Assembly (NCBI GenBank): GCA_030704615.1
Contig: CM060732.1
Coordinates: forward strand, 36,704,001-36,768,000
Length of the DNA: 64,000 bases
DNA from: Takakia lepidozioides
Taxonomy: Eukaryota > Plantae > Bryophyta
Direction of reading: 5' to 3'
In this document: positions 25,896 through 38,129 of the stretch, piece by piece
How the letters are laid out: every line of letters starts with the position of its first letter
How positions within the stretch are numbered: the stretch's first letter is position 1
Notes under the pieces: model-generated
The model's input: the letters and a program-made list of their open reading frames with translations, nothing else
The model's database searches: none
Told to the model about the DNA's origin: nothing
Position numbers and translations under genes: made by a program

Positions 25896-28800
25896 TCACC
25901 CCTCCTATCAGAGCGGTAAAATCTTGGACTTGCTTAGACTTGGAGAAAATCCAAAAGCCGACGAATGGTAATTGCCAAATATTCGGCTCTTCGTTCTTGA
26001 CTCAAATGATTTATAGGTTCCTACAACCATCGATAGTGTCCAACACCTTGACCTTAGGACCACGCACTGATTTGAGCATTCTGATTTTCGAAGCTGCCTT
26101 CAAACATGAACATGCCCTCTGGGTCCGAAGCCTCAACCTCCAACAGAATTATCATACTTCGAGTAGGCTCTACTTGTCGTCGTACGGGGTCCAGACGAGG
26201 AAATACGCGTCGCATTGGTAGCCCATCGTCTCGAGAGCGTCGGCGTGATGTTGAAGGTCGTGATAGTCGGAACTGCTGATCTGGTAGTTGGGTAAGCGAC
26301 AACTCCAATATATCTGGTTCATGTGACTCCATACGTCCAATACAAGATGCAAGAGGCCTGGAAGGGTAGCTATATAGATTTCATCCACGTGATTTCCCAC
26401 GATTTCATCCATTCGGGATGAAATCCATCACATGGGATGAACTCTATCGCGTAGGATGAAATCTATCGTGATTTCATCCGCGTTGGATGAAATTGTCTCT
26501 CGATTTTTCATCCGTGTCATCCTTTGAGGATGACATCCATTTATGGATGAAAAAATTAAATAATAGGATGGCTCCATTAGGATCTTGACCTTATACCAAA
26601 TATCCAGGTAATGTAAATAACCGAAATTAACCAAATTCAAGAAGTGGGTAATTAGGGGGTAAATGGACCCTTGGGAATGGGTAAGGGTTGAAGAAGGCCG
26701 TAAGGTCGATGTCATGATCTCTTCGCTCTAGCACACGTGTCGCAAGATTTTACAAATTCTTTCACGAGTTTCCACATCTGTGACCACCAATAGTCCATTG
26801 ATATCAATTTCATTGTTTTGTTGAAGCTGAAATGTCCTGCAGCCGGAAGATCATGACATGTTTGAAGAATTCGAAGGCGTATAGGTCCTGGAGATACATA
26901 GAGAACTCCCTTGAAATAAAATAAGTCATCTGTGAGTTCGAAGTCGTTTGTAACATGTGGGTTGTCTCGAGGGCGATTTAGTTGACTTCGTAGTGTCGTG
27001 GCAAATTGGTCGCTCTTCAGTGCGCTTGACGTCGATTCAAAACACGAACACTCATAAAATACTCGAGGTTTTTGTGATCGGTATAGACTGTGACATGATG
27101 TTTAGCTCCATCTAATAGATGACTTTACTCCTCAAAAGCATCGATAATCACTAAAAATTCTTTGTCATGGATTTCATAATTGATCTCCGCAGCGGAAAAT
27201 TTACGAAAACGAAAAACAACAGGGTGAAGTCGGCCATCTGTACCGTATTGAGAGAGTACGCCGCAAGTGCAAAGTCCGATGCATCTGCTTCCAAAAAGAA
27301 TGGTTTAGATGGGTTGCATATACCAATATTTGGAGCCGTTGTAAATGTCTGTTTCAGCCTTCCAAATGCTTGGTCAGCCTTCTCGTCCCATACAAATTTG
27401 TCCTTCCCTGTGAGTCGTGTCAATGGTGCAACAATTTTGGAGTAGTCCTTGATGAAGATTCTATAGAAATTTGCAAATCCTAGAAAACAGTGTACATTTC
27501 GGAAAAAAGTTGGTTTAATCTACTCGATGATGGTTTGTATTTTCTTCTGATCCATAAATACTCCTTTGTCGGAAATAATGTAGCCCAAAAATTTGACTTC
27601 AGATTGGTGGAAAAGACATTTTCCAACTGACATATAGTTTTTTTTCCCTCAATTTATCAAGGACAAGGCGTAAATGGCGACCAGTTCTTCTTCATTCTGT
27701 TGAAAATATCAAAATGTCGTCCAAATAAATGACTACAAAGTCATCTAAAAATTCTCGAAAGATGTCATTCATCATATGTTGAAAAATTGTTGGAGCATTT
27801 GTAAGACCGAAAGGCATAACACTGTATTCGAAATGTCTGTACCTTGTGTGAAAAGCAGTCTTCCATCGTCTCTTTCTTTTATTCGTACAAGGGTGTAAGC
27901 TCCTCTCAAGTCGATATTTGTGAAAAAAATTTGCTCGTCCAAAGTTGTTCGAGGAGTCCGGAATAGCGTATAGGGGTAACGATTATTTTATAGTGACTTT
28001 GTTGAGCCCACGATAGTCCAACACATGCGTAACGATTCGTCCTTCTTCTTCACAAATAAGATAGGTGCTCCCGCGGGTGATTTCGAATGTCAAATGAATG
28101 AAATCTGACTATTTTTCATCAATGTATTCACGTAGTAAAGCAGCCAGCTCCGTCTGAGATAAATTGTAGATCGGGCCGAATGGTGGTTGAGCTCCTTCTT
28201 TGCAACTCAATGCACAATCATAAGGTCGATGGTCTGGCAAACTGTCTGCATTGTTCTTCTCGAAGACATCCTTGAAATCTTGATATTGATGTGGGTATTG
28301 TCGAAGTACTTGGTCTGTTGTGGTTTTGATCGGAGCCGCATAATAAAGTGCAAATGTCGCGTCTTTCTTTCGTAGCTCTCATGAAGGCTCTAGCTCCAAG
28401 AAACAAGGGTTGAATACCTTTGGTACTTTTGCATTTTTGTCTTGCAGAAATTTTTCGTGATCGTCAGTCGATGTCAGGATTATGAAGTACAAACCAGGGA
28501 AGTCCAAGGATCACAGGATTTGTTGGAGACTGGATGACATTGAAAACAATCTGTGATGCTTGATTTTTAAGCTTCACTTCAAGGGGTCGAGTTTCATGGT
28601 CAATATTTCTTGATGCTAACGGTCGTCCATCGATGACTTCAACAGAGGCCGAGAATTTCTTTCTTACGAGCATTAACTTGTGTTGTTTCGCAAAGTCTTT
28701 TTGTCAATAAAATACGCTGAAGCGCCCGAGTCCAAAAGTGCTTCTATGGAAGTATCTCGATTTGCATCCTGATCTTTTACTGGAACTGTGAGTGAAACAC

Positions 28801-29280
28801 AGGGTACAGGGTCTGGAGGTAGAAATAAACCTTTTTTTGGTGAGGAATTTGGGGTGTCCAGCCGCATGGTCCCTACTGTGACTGGACATCTTCGTTTTCC
28901 GACCTCTTCGTATCGAACACTTGAGTTGTGCCCCGAGCTTTGAATCTTATCTTGTTGGGGCAGTTTAATGCTATGTGATCATCTTCTCCGCAATAAAGAC
29001 ATAATCCATTCGAGCGCCGTCTTTGTTTTTCTTGTGGCGTCAATGGCTTGAATCGGATAACATCAATCTGCATATGATCATTACCGGATGTCTGATGGAT
29101 CGTCGTGTTTGGTGCCGTAGTAGCAGCGGCATGGTGCGTCATCGACCATCCAGATCGCTTCTCTTGAAAGTTTCGAACAAACGATTATCGCATGCATTGA
29201 CTTGGGTGATGAATTCTCTTCTTACGTTTGGCATTGTCAGCAACAAATCGTTAACATCATCTTTTAGGCCACATCAAAAC
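25263..29280 (-). mobile_element. Degenerate Ty3/gypsy chromovirus (Tcn1-like), 5'-truncated, integrase core deleted
   Basis: Gag EKQRRRSNGLCLYCGEDDHIALNCP; protease LLDSGAS and VILGLPW; RT YLDD near 27720; RNase [12 protein letters not shown]. The integrase start HRPYGLLQPLPIPKGP (about 26710-26665) is followed by unrelated sequence. Confidence 0.88.
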
Positions 29281-29524
29281 CAGGGTTGCACACGTCAGTG
29301 ACGTGACGTGATGTCACGTTACGTCATGTCACGTCGGACCTGACCCCCGCGACCAATGTCACGTCGAGTTTGACGAAAAATCAGTAAAACATGAGTTAGG
29401 TGAAAAATATGCCACGTAGGTGGACATGTTGTATTCGAAGCGACACCTTGGCAAGTGAATTATTTTATAAATTACTCCATCCGCCAATATTTGAGGTCAT
29501 TTTTAAATCATTATTGTTAAATTG

Positions 29525-30081
29525 GTGCGACCTCCAAATGGTGGTGGTCGCAGAATTTATCTTATTTTTTAATAGTTGCGACCACTAAACGAGAGGTTGT
29601 CGCAACATTTTTGTTTTTTAAAAATAGATGCGACTACCACAGGGTGTGTCGGATTTTTTTCTTTTCTTCAACAGTTGCGACCATCGCTACTGGTGGTCAC
29701 TCAATTTTGATTTTATTTGTAATAGGTGCGACCACCATCAGGGTGGTGGTCGCAATATTTTTTTTATTTCTTAATATCTGCGACCACCAGCATGAGGGTG
29801 GTCGCAGAATTTTTCTGGTTTTTTAATAGGTGCGACCACCAGCAGAGGGGTGGTCGCAGCAAAATATATATATATATATTATTTATTTTGTTTTAAATAA
29901 TGTCTGTGACCACAAACATGGGGTGGTCGCATCATTTTTCTTTTTTTTTAATAGGTGTGACCACCAGCATAGGGGTGGTCGCAACAATTTTTTGTTTTTT
30001 AATATCTGCGACCACCAGCATTAGGGTGGTCGCAACAGTTTTTTTTAAAAAATAACATGCGACTTCCTCGTGCGGTCGCAA
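29525..30081 (+). repeat. Array of about 11 palindromic units TGCGACCACC-N7/8-GGTGGTCGCA with AT-rich spacers, period about 50 bp
   Basis: Units at about 29527, 29577, 29629, 29676, 29727, 29779, 29831, 29905, 29956, 30007 and 30058. Confidence 0.92.
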
Positions 30082-30469
30082 CATTGCATTCTGATTCGTC
30101 GAGCGTGTGAGGGTTGGAGGCTGGAGGGTATATAGGGTGGTCCCAATGCCCCTCACTTCTTTTGTGGCGAGTGAATGTTCTCTATTCCTTGAGCAAGAGT
30201 GTAAGCCCAAGAAGCGGGTGCGGACCGTTTGCTGTTGTGGCTTCCACCAGAGCCACTGCAGCAAATTGTCAAAAACACAATACTACGTGGTGCATTGATC
30301 CACTTGGATCGATGCCGTAGTGTTGGCCCATCGCATTCTGTTCTAACTTCTATTGCTTTTGACAAATCTATCAAGTACACTAGTGTTCTTCGTTCAACCT
30401 TAAGTATGTGGTTAGGGTTTGGGGTGTGAGGATGAGGGAGAAGTGGATCATTTGGTTCACCATAGACCC

Positions 30470-32330
30470 GCACAAAAAAAACGGTGTTTAATGCAATCTT
30501 TGTGCATTGAAGCTGACGGGTCGCAAAGATCGCATGTTATATCACCTCGGCTACAGAGATGGGAAGAATGCAGGGGTTAGTTTGTGCCCAAAAGCCTCCA
30601 TGCGAGTGAAAGCCCACTTTGCCCAATGTGGAGGAGGCAATATCCCACCGTCTCTTGATGTGGCCCCGGCTTCTGAGCCAAACACTCCAGGTTCGAATCA
30701 AAATGTCTCTCAGAGTTGTACCCAAGGGGGTTCTTGCGAGGTGTCTGCTGTTGGTGGAGAAGCCGGTGGGTCAGGAGCAACACCTGATTGTACGCCAGCA
30801 CTTGTACGGACCAGACCATTGAGGCAACAATCAATGCAAGAAGGCTTAAATTTGTCGCACAAGAGGACTCTGAATAAGAAGTGGGCCCAATTTTTCTACG
30901 AGGCCAATATTTTGTTCAATGTCGCGAGGCTTCCTGCGTTTGTGGCTGCTGTCAAAGCCACGTCCGATTCCAAATCACAACACACCTCCGAGTTATCACG
31001 ATCTCCGCACAGGATTGCTAGAAGAAGCTATGTCTGACATCACCCAAAGGTGAATGAAAAGACAGGTGATTCTCTCCGGAAATATGAAAGCACTATATGT
31101 GCGGACGGTTGGAGTTCTGTTACTAATCTGTTCAATGTCATGTTGGTAGTGTCCCTACGTGGAATAATTTTTGGATCCGTTGACACAAGCGGGAGAGAAA
31201 AGATGCACGTTATCAAGCAGGGTTGTTGACGAGTTTCATCGATAAAATTGGAGCTGATAAAATTGTCCAAGTGTGCACGGTCAATGCATCTAACATGGTT
31301 AATATGACCGATATTTTGATGGTACGATATCCCATCTATATTACCAAGGGTTGCTGCATATCTTTGATCTTTTTTTGGATGATTAGGGAAAAGAATCATA
31401 GATGAAACAACTAGTAAAAAGGGCAAAGTCGATTGTGACGTTCATTCGTACATATCACATCCCTCTGGCATTGTTAGAAAAGCATGAACCCAAATACAGC
31501 TTAGGAGCCCGGGTGAAACCCGCTTTGCCACAAATTTTGATGGTGAATCGACTGGTGACTGTGGAGGCGGGTCTGGAGCGGTGATCAGTGACCCTCAATG
31601 GGATGCGTATGCGGGCACCTTACGCGACTCTCGTAAGTCCAAGTCTTTGAGCAAAAGTCGGAGGGTCCGCGCAATTATTCGCTCCGACGATTTCTGGGCG
31701 AAATGTGCAAATTTTGTGTACATGGTGGAGCCGGGGTTGATTGCTTGCGGGAGTTGATGGAAAACAACCAATAATGGGGTAAAGCATGGTTGATATTAGA
31801 AAAACCTGAGAAGCACGTGCAAAGATATCCTTGAGGCGACCTCCATTTTCTATGGACGATGATTTGGCGGCAAGGACCGAGGATGCATTTCACGACCGCA
31901 AACGGATGGGTCGCACGGACTTGCATTATGTCGGGGCCTTGCTGAAATCCATTCTTGCTGGACAATACAGATTTGAGAGACGATGTGGATGCCAAAGTCG
32001 GGCTTGTACGGGTCATCATGCAACTCGCGCCCTTGAACATGGCAGAGCGAGCTTTGTCCGAGTACCAATGCTTCTCGGATCGCCAAAATCCTTTCCATGA
32101 CATGTCGGATCCAAAAGCAATGAACATATTGCCACATGAATGGGGGGATCTGATTGGAGCTGGAGCAAGAAAGTTAGATCATATTGCAAGGCGTTATTCT
32201 TGTTCAAGTGTGCTCTGCCTCGTCTATGAGTGGACTAACTGCAAGCAGTTACTTGTTTGTTCACAACAAGATTCGCAACAAGTTGAATCTTGTCAGGGCT
32301 GACAAATTGGTTATGTCTACCGAAGTAGGC
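30470..32330 (+). pseudogene. hAT transposase remnant (BED-like finger, DUF659-type core, hATC dimerisation region)
   Basis: CNLC...RMLYHLG, WAQFFYEANILFNVA, PPSYHDLRTGLL, TICADGWS, IGADKIVQVCTVNASNM, PHEW...CSASS...VHNKIRNKL...ADKLV; many frameshifts. Confidence 0.9.
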
Positions 32331-33399
32331 TACTGCGAGAGAGGACAGCAAGTGATGCATCTGCATGGTACGAGAAGAATCTATTGTCTGAAGAATCTGC
32401 CTCAGAGGTCCAATCTAGCAGCAATGATGACACCGATGCCGCGAGGACTCTAACTCTGACGGTTGGGATAGGTCCGATGATGTGGGCAATCCTCCACATG
32501 ACCCATATGAGTTTAATGACGATGATGCTGCAATGCATCCATCCTTCGATGATCTTGTTGTTGATGAACTGCGACATGGTGTCATTCCAATTGCGGACCC
32601 CCTCCCCAGTGGAGCACACTCTCAACAATGAAGTTGAGGTCAATTCACCCCCACCTCGAGTTTCACGGACTGCGGGAGATGTGCAGGTCGAATCGTCGGA
32701 TGATGACAACCGGCCGTTGTCATTCCTTCCACCGACATTGTGCCCCTGTGAACCGTGCTTCATCTCACGCCGCTCCATCTCATGTTTTCTTTCTCAAGCC
32801 GGTCCATCCCATGCTGGTCCATTTAGTCTCTGTCCCCCTCATGTAATTCCTTCCATCGCTACTCCGATCCTAGGAGATGCTTCTTCTATTGCGGGACTTC
32901 TGCAAATCGAACCATCGGATGACGACGATCGGCCATTGTCGTTTCCTCTGACCCAACGACGTCCGCATGTGAACCGTGCTCCCTCGACCCCCACTGATCC
33001 ATCTCATGCCTCTTCCTCTCATGTCGACCCCTCTGATGTACGTGCGAGTAGCCTTCCGCATACGAGACCTGCTCCAAGGCCACCACGAAATCCGGGACAA
33101 GCCCAGAAACGGCAGAGAATTGTGCAAATTTTGTTTGGTGACCAACTTGTGAACTGGCCTGATACCCTAGATGGTATTCATGATAAGAGTGGAAATCGAC
33201 CAGAGAGACAACTGAACGTACTCCGAGGACGACTACAGGTCCAACGACCAGTTGCCCCTAAAAACGAAAGAACAGATGAAGATCATGATTCTAGCACTGA
33301 TCATGGGAACGGGGGTGAAGTGAGTACTAGGCGTGAGATCATACCATCATCGGCGTGCCAGACAGAACTAGGTACAACTATAATTCGGTCACATGAGGT

Positions 33400-34025
33400 G
33401 TAGTATTTTCCATGGATAATCCATGCTTCAGTTTGGGTACATGCATACGTGTACGGAAATACAAATGGTGGAATATGTGTACCTAAGAGATGGTTTGGGG
33501 GTTGTGCGTGTGTTTGTGTTTTGTCATAACCTTTACATTGTTGATTTCCTATTATGGTTTCGAAAGCCACAAAGGCTAGGGACGGCTCCCAACATTCATC
33601 TTCCCCTTCACAAATCCATGGGGAGGTGATACATGTGCTTTTCATCTGCCTCTCCAAACATACATATCGGTGCAAGGGGACCAACCTCCTGGTCGTCGCA
33701 AATATTTACTGATTTAATAGATAGTAAGTTAGTACATAATAAGCGGGGGGTTCTTTATATCGCCTCTCAGGGCGATGGGACCCTTCTAGAAGCCCGCGGA
33801 CCCTGGGAGCCTTCTAGAAGGCCCTGGACCCTACATGACTCCTTATTCTAAATTTAGCCAATTCCTCATTTTTTTTTGGACCCCACTCTCTCATTCCTTA
33901 ATACATATGCCTTCTACATAGGCGCCCCACTCTAATCCTGGGCCACAGTAATTCCTGGACCACTCTAGAATCAGGGCCCGAATTGAAAATGAAACTGCTT
34001 ACATATTATTCGCACATATTTAACA
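33400..34025 (-). repeat. Probable solo LTR inserted in the hAT element
   Basis: Minus strand starts TGTTAAATATG; terminal part is similar to 17620-17766. Left boundary is approximate. Confidence 0.45.
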
Positions 34026-34039
34026 AAAACAAAATGGTC

Positions 34040-34770
34040 CGATCACCCCCATGCAGATGTTAGCAGCTATTTAAAAATAGAAAATTCTGCGACCACCCCC
34101 TTGTTGGTGGTCGCCCCTAAAAAAAATGGTGACGACAACCCCCTGCTGTGGGTCACAGGTTTTTTTTTTTTTTGTTTTTTTTTTTTTTTTTTTTTTGTTG
34201 GGAAACACTTGAGAGCGACAGCTCACAAATCAGGCCCCTTAGTAGTGAGAGGAGAAAATAACCTCTTTCATTTATGCGCCATGAGGCGTAGGAATGAGGC
34301 ACCACACACGAACCATACCACACCCATCAAGTAGCAAGATTTGACCCCAAAATCGTCCGGGTCGCAATCAGTGCACTTAACCAACTGAGCTACTGACTAT
34401 TGGTAAATATTAAAAAATCGAAAAAATATGCGACCACCACTACGACCCACCCCTTGCTGGTGGTCAAATCTATAAAGAAAAAAATTAGTGCGACCACCAG
34501 CAGGTGGTGATCGCACCTATTTGTTTTAAACAAAATTTCTGCGACCCCCCCCCTGCTGGTGGTTGCGCCTATTAAAAATATATATATGCGACCACCCCCC
34601 TGCTGGTGGTCGCACACATTAGAAAAAAATAAAAAATATGCGACCACCCCCCTGCTGGTGGTCCCATCTATTAAAAAAATTTAAAATTCTGCAAACGCCC
34701 CCCTACTGGTGGTCGCCCATAATAAAGAAAAGAAAAAATGATGCGACCATCCCCTGCTGATGGTCGCAGC
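34040..34770 (-). repeat. Second palindrome array, inverted relative to 29525-30081
   Basis: Units tgcgaccacccccctgctggtggtcgca are the reverse complement of the left-array units; about 9-10 copies, interrupted by a SINE. Confidence 0.9.
34160..34400 (-). mobile_element. tRNA-derived SINE with poly(A) tail
   Basis: Minus strand: A box TAGCTCAGTTGG (34392-34381), B-box-like GGGGTCAAATC (34348-34338), an unrelated body and an A-rich tail of about 37 nt. Confidence 0.8.
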
Positions 34771-37619
34771 TATTACTAGCCCCGAGTGTGGAGGGGGGCC
34801 TTATAAGGCCTTGGAGGCCATTCTCTCCTCACTTTTTTCCACACCAGGACTGGTGGGGCGATGGGATGTTGCATTCCTAGTCCCAGTGGAGAGGGGTGCT
34901 ATTGTTGGGTGGGGGGTATTTTGGGCCATTGGTTTCTACGAAATCGATGCTGAGTACCTCTCGGGAAGCCCTCCTCTGACACCCACGTCTTTTTCATTGC
35001 ACATTGCGTCATATCACTTAGAACTGTGGAGGGAGTGACACGTGCCTCTAGTACTTGGGGAGGATTCATTAGGGAGTAGGATTAGGTACGATTTAGGAGG
35101 GTTGGGAAATCATTTTTCTTAGCAAACACCTGTCGAGTAGGGGTAAGCCAGAGCCATAAATCGCGGAGGAGGAAGACAGAGGAGGTCATCCTATGGATGA
35201 TGATAATGAACCTGGACATCCCAAAAAAAAAACCAAAAGGGTCAGGCGCGAACTTCATTGGACATATCAATGACCAACATATTTGAGGAACCAGGTTGGG
35301 AAGTTGGAGGTGGGGGGCAGCGGTGGTCGCTTGGTGACTGCAGGAATTTGTGGACTGATGTCACATAAATCGTGTGTGGCCCAGAGATAGGCCTGATCCA
35401 AAAACCAAACAAAATCAAGCTAGCTTGCATTCCTGCGTCAACTCGCATTTCCACCACAGTGCAGAGGAGGTACATATAACATTGTGGGGGCAACCACTCG
35501 TCAACAACAAGGTCCCTTATTTATTTGCGGGCATGTTGTACACAGAGTTGATTTTATTGCGACCAATGGATTGACAACTGGGAAATAACCGTGGCGGCTA
35601 GAGGCATACGGGACCCAGTTTAAATGGAGATTTTTTGCCGGAACTTGGGAGGGCCTTGGAGCTGTACTAGACAAAGATTATTCTGACTGCCTGAGGATCG
35701 TGGGTGCCAGCGGAAAACGACCCATACAATTGCGAACCGATTGGAAGGAGACCTATTTCTGAGGGAGTTGGAGGCCGCTAGCATCCGTTGGGATGATATG
35801 AATGAGAGGTACTGGGTGTCTCGTCGGGATGAAGGGCCTTTTTCCAGGAGTTGCGCAGAGGACACCCAGAGGAGGAGTTTTTAAACAGTTAATTGGACAA
35901 TTCAAGGCTGCCTATCACGAGTGTGTAAAGTATTGGCAGAACACATGGCCGTGACCAAGTTGCCCCTATTCCAGGGGTGTTCACTTTGCCATCCAAACAT
36001 AAGGATGTAATTGAAAATTGCATGAAGCCGTTATAGCAAGAGCGACACCCTAACCCGGCTCTGGCAAATGTGGAAGAGAGTCAGCACTCCTAGAACGCTA
36101 CGCATGATGGCAAGGGTGGACCACACAACAATGGGTCCTTCTTTGACTAATCGAGCCCAGGCTCGAGCTCTCCGTACTGGTGGAGGCACGTCCTCTACAC
36201 CCGGAGCATCTTCATCAACATCTGGAGATGACGACAACGAAGTAATAAATCTAGATGAAGATGACTAGAAAGGTGTCAAGTTAAATAAACACAGTACAAA
36301 CTAACTAGAATAAATCTAGTTATTTGTATTTAACACTTGGATTAGTTCAAGTGTAAGTCAGGTGTCAAGTTAGCTTGACACCTGAACCATCTTATCTTCA
36401 CGAGAGCGTCAGTCGTGCGGCTCATCTCTCTCGAGTTGAGCCTGCACGACCGAGCTCCTTCACTGCTTAGAATCTAAGTGTGCTTATGGAAGAGGAATAT
36501 GATGTTTGTGGGTGGAGTCCCCATAGCTTGGGGCGCCCCTGGCTCGACTCGTAGTTTAATGAGTGATGGTTGTGTATTGAGTGTTTATGTGTCAACAGTG
36601 TGATTTTAGTTTTCAATCACTCGAGAGGGATGAGCTTGCATCTGTGAGTGCAGAGTGAGTTAGTTTAGTACTTGTGGTTTTGTGTTGTAAAGGGAGAGAC
36701 GAAAATTATGGTGGTTTGTAGTTATGTTTGTGACAAGGCTGGTGGAAGCAGCAGGATGATGCGCAAATGTAAAGAAGAATAGGCTGTTGGTTTTTTTTTC
36801 CTATTATGGGTGGTGCCGAGCTCGGTTTCTGAGGAGCGTAGAGGGTTGTCATAGAATCTGGTATTCATGTCGGCTCCACAAGCTGGTATCTGTGTTATAC
36901 CGGAGCTCGACGGACAGGGCCCTCGTTTAGTGGTCCAAGGTTGCGATTGTTGCTTTGAGCGTGTGTTGAGTTGGGTGTAGGGGAACTACTTATTTGCAGG
37001 CAGAGAAGCATCTCTCCAGGAGGAGGCTCTTTCCGGAGTCTCAGAAGTGAGTCCTTATTGGTGCTTTGTCGAAGTTTCCTGCCTCAGACATGCTCTCGAG
37101 TGCGTTTGTGTCCATTAGAGCCTGAGTCTTTGGTCACGACTTGGATAGGCACGCCGTGGACTAGATGCAGCCGTTAACAGCAGTATAGTAATTTCGTTCG
37201 CTCAGTGAAAGGAAAGGGGGAACCAGTGCATCGAAGCCGGGGTCACTGTCCATATTTGGATCGTGCCGGACAATGAATCGTTGGTTGGATGGCCCTGATG
37301 AGCATGCGCACATAGCAATGCAGGGCCAACGCATCAAGGCACTAAGCCCCAGTGGCGCAGAACTCTAATCCCCCACTGGGGCAACAGGCAAGAGACTGAC
37401 GAAAAGTAAGATATGCAAGCTAAGAAGTTGAAGGTGGGAGCTAAATTCTCTGGCCGGAAGACAACCTGTATGGACACTCCCATTTTGCTGGAGGGGATCG
37501 CTGATTATTGATTGTTCCTGGAGCTTCAGGTGCAGGCCCTGCAATCGATGACTAACAAGATTGATTTACAAGCAAAACCTGCCGGGCATGGCCGAGAGCC
37601 TCATCTGCTCTCGAAGGGG

Positions 37620-38129
37620 TTTCCGTAAATGCCAGCTTGCGCCCAGAGGGCAACAGGGGAATCCTGCCTTCAGAACTTGGCTTTGGCGTACCAGAGAACT
37701 CTGCAACCGCACCTTTAACAACACCGGAGACAGCTCCGAATACTGCTTGAACTTCTGCCTCTCCCTCCTTCACCAGCTCTTTCCCCGTTGCCACAACCTC
37801 TTCCGCCACTTTCTGCACTTTTTTCAGCCCAAAAAGTGGAATATCCCGTGCCTGCGCACGACCTGCATTGAACAGAAGGAGAGAGAGAGAGCTGACAAGG
37901 ACACAGCCTGCCTTCTTGACACAGAGAAATCAGGTGCTACATTCTCCTCCTGTGAAGTTGAAACAACAAGCCGTCGCCCCGAGTTATCACGCAACACTCC
38001 GAGACGAGCTGAGAATCCCTTTTCGAGCCCACTGGATGGCGAGGAAGCTAGGGAGGAGCGCGAGACGACCAATGCAGGCATTGCCGAGATGCCTGACGCT
38101 GCACAGGCCATCGCCGTCGCCACAGCCAT
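37620..38129 (-). pseudogene. Frameshifted, 3'-disrupted copy of a thylakoid protein gene, resembling Arabidopsis At2g23670 (YCF37-like) as I recall it
   Basis: Transit peptide, twin-Arg SRRQAV and AxA site AQA followed by RDIPLFGLKKVQKVAEE. Frameshift in the (CT)n tract at 37878-37892 and a second one before AQAGI. Confidence 0.7.

Larger units (their letters stand above)
29281..34770 (+). mobile_element. hAT DNA transposon, degenerate, with nested insertions
   Basis: Begins CAGGGTTGCA exactly where the chromovirus gag breaks off. Contains a transposase remnant and inverted repeat arrays on both sides. The right TIR was not found. Confidence 0.7.

Noticed and set aside
29525-30081. CRISPR array
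   Set aside because: Eukaryotic context, no cas genes, low-complexity A/T spacers, degenerate repeats and a mirrored array across a transposase.
34325-34400. tRNA gene
   Set aside because: No acceptor stem, degenerate B box, and it continues into a body with a poly(A) tail, so it is a SINE.
34800-37200. Protein-like fragments and an 11-bp-stem hairpin near 36359-36384
   Set aside because: Probably TE accessory or LTR debris, but I could not assign a family or boundaries.
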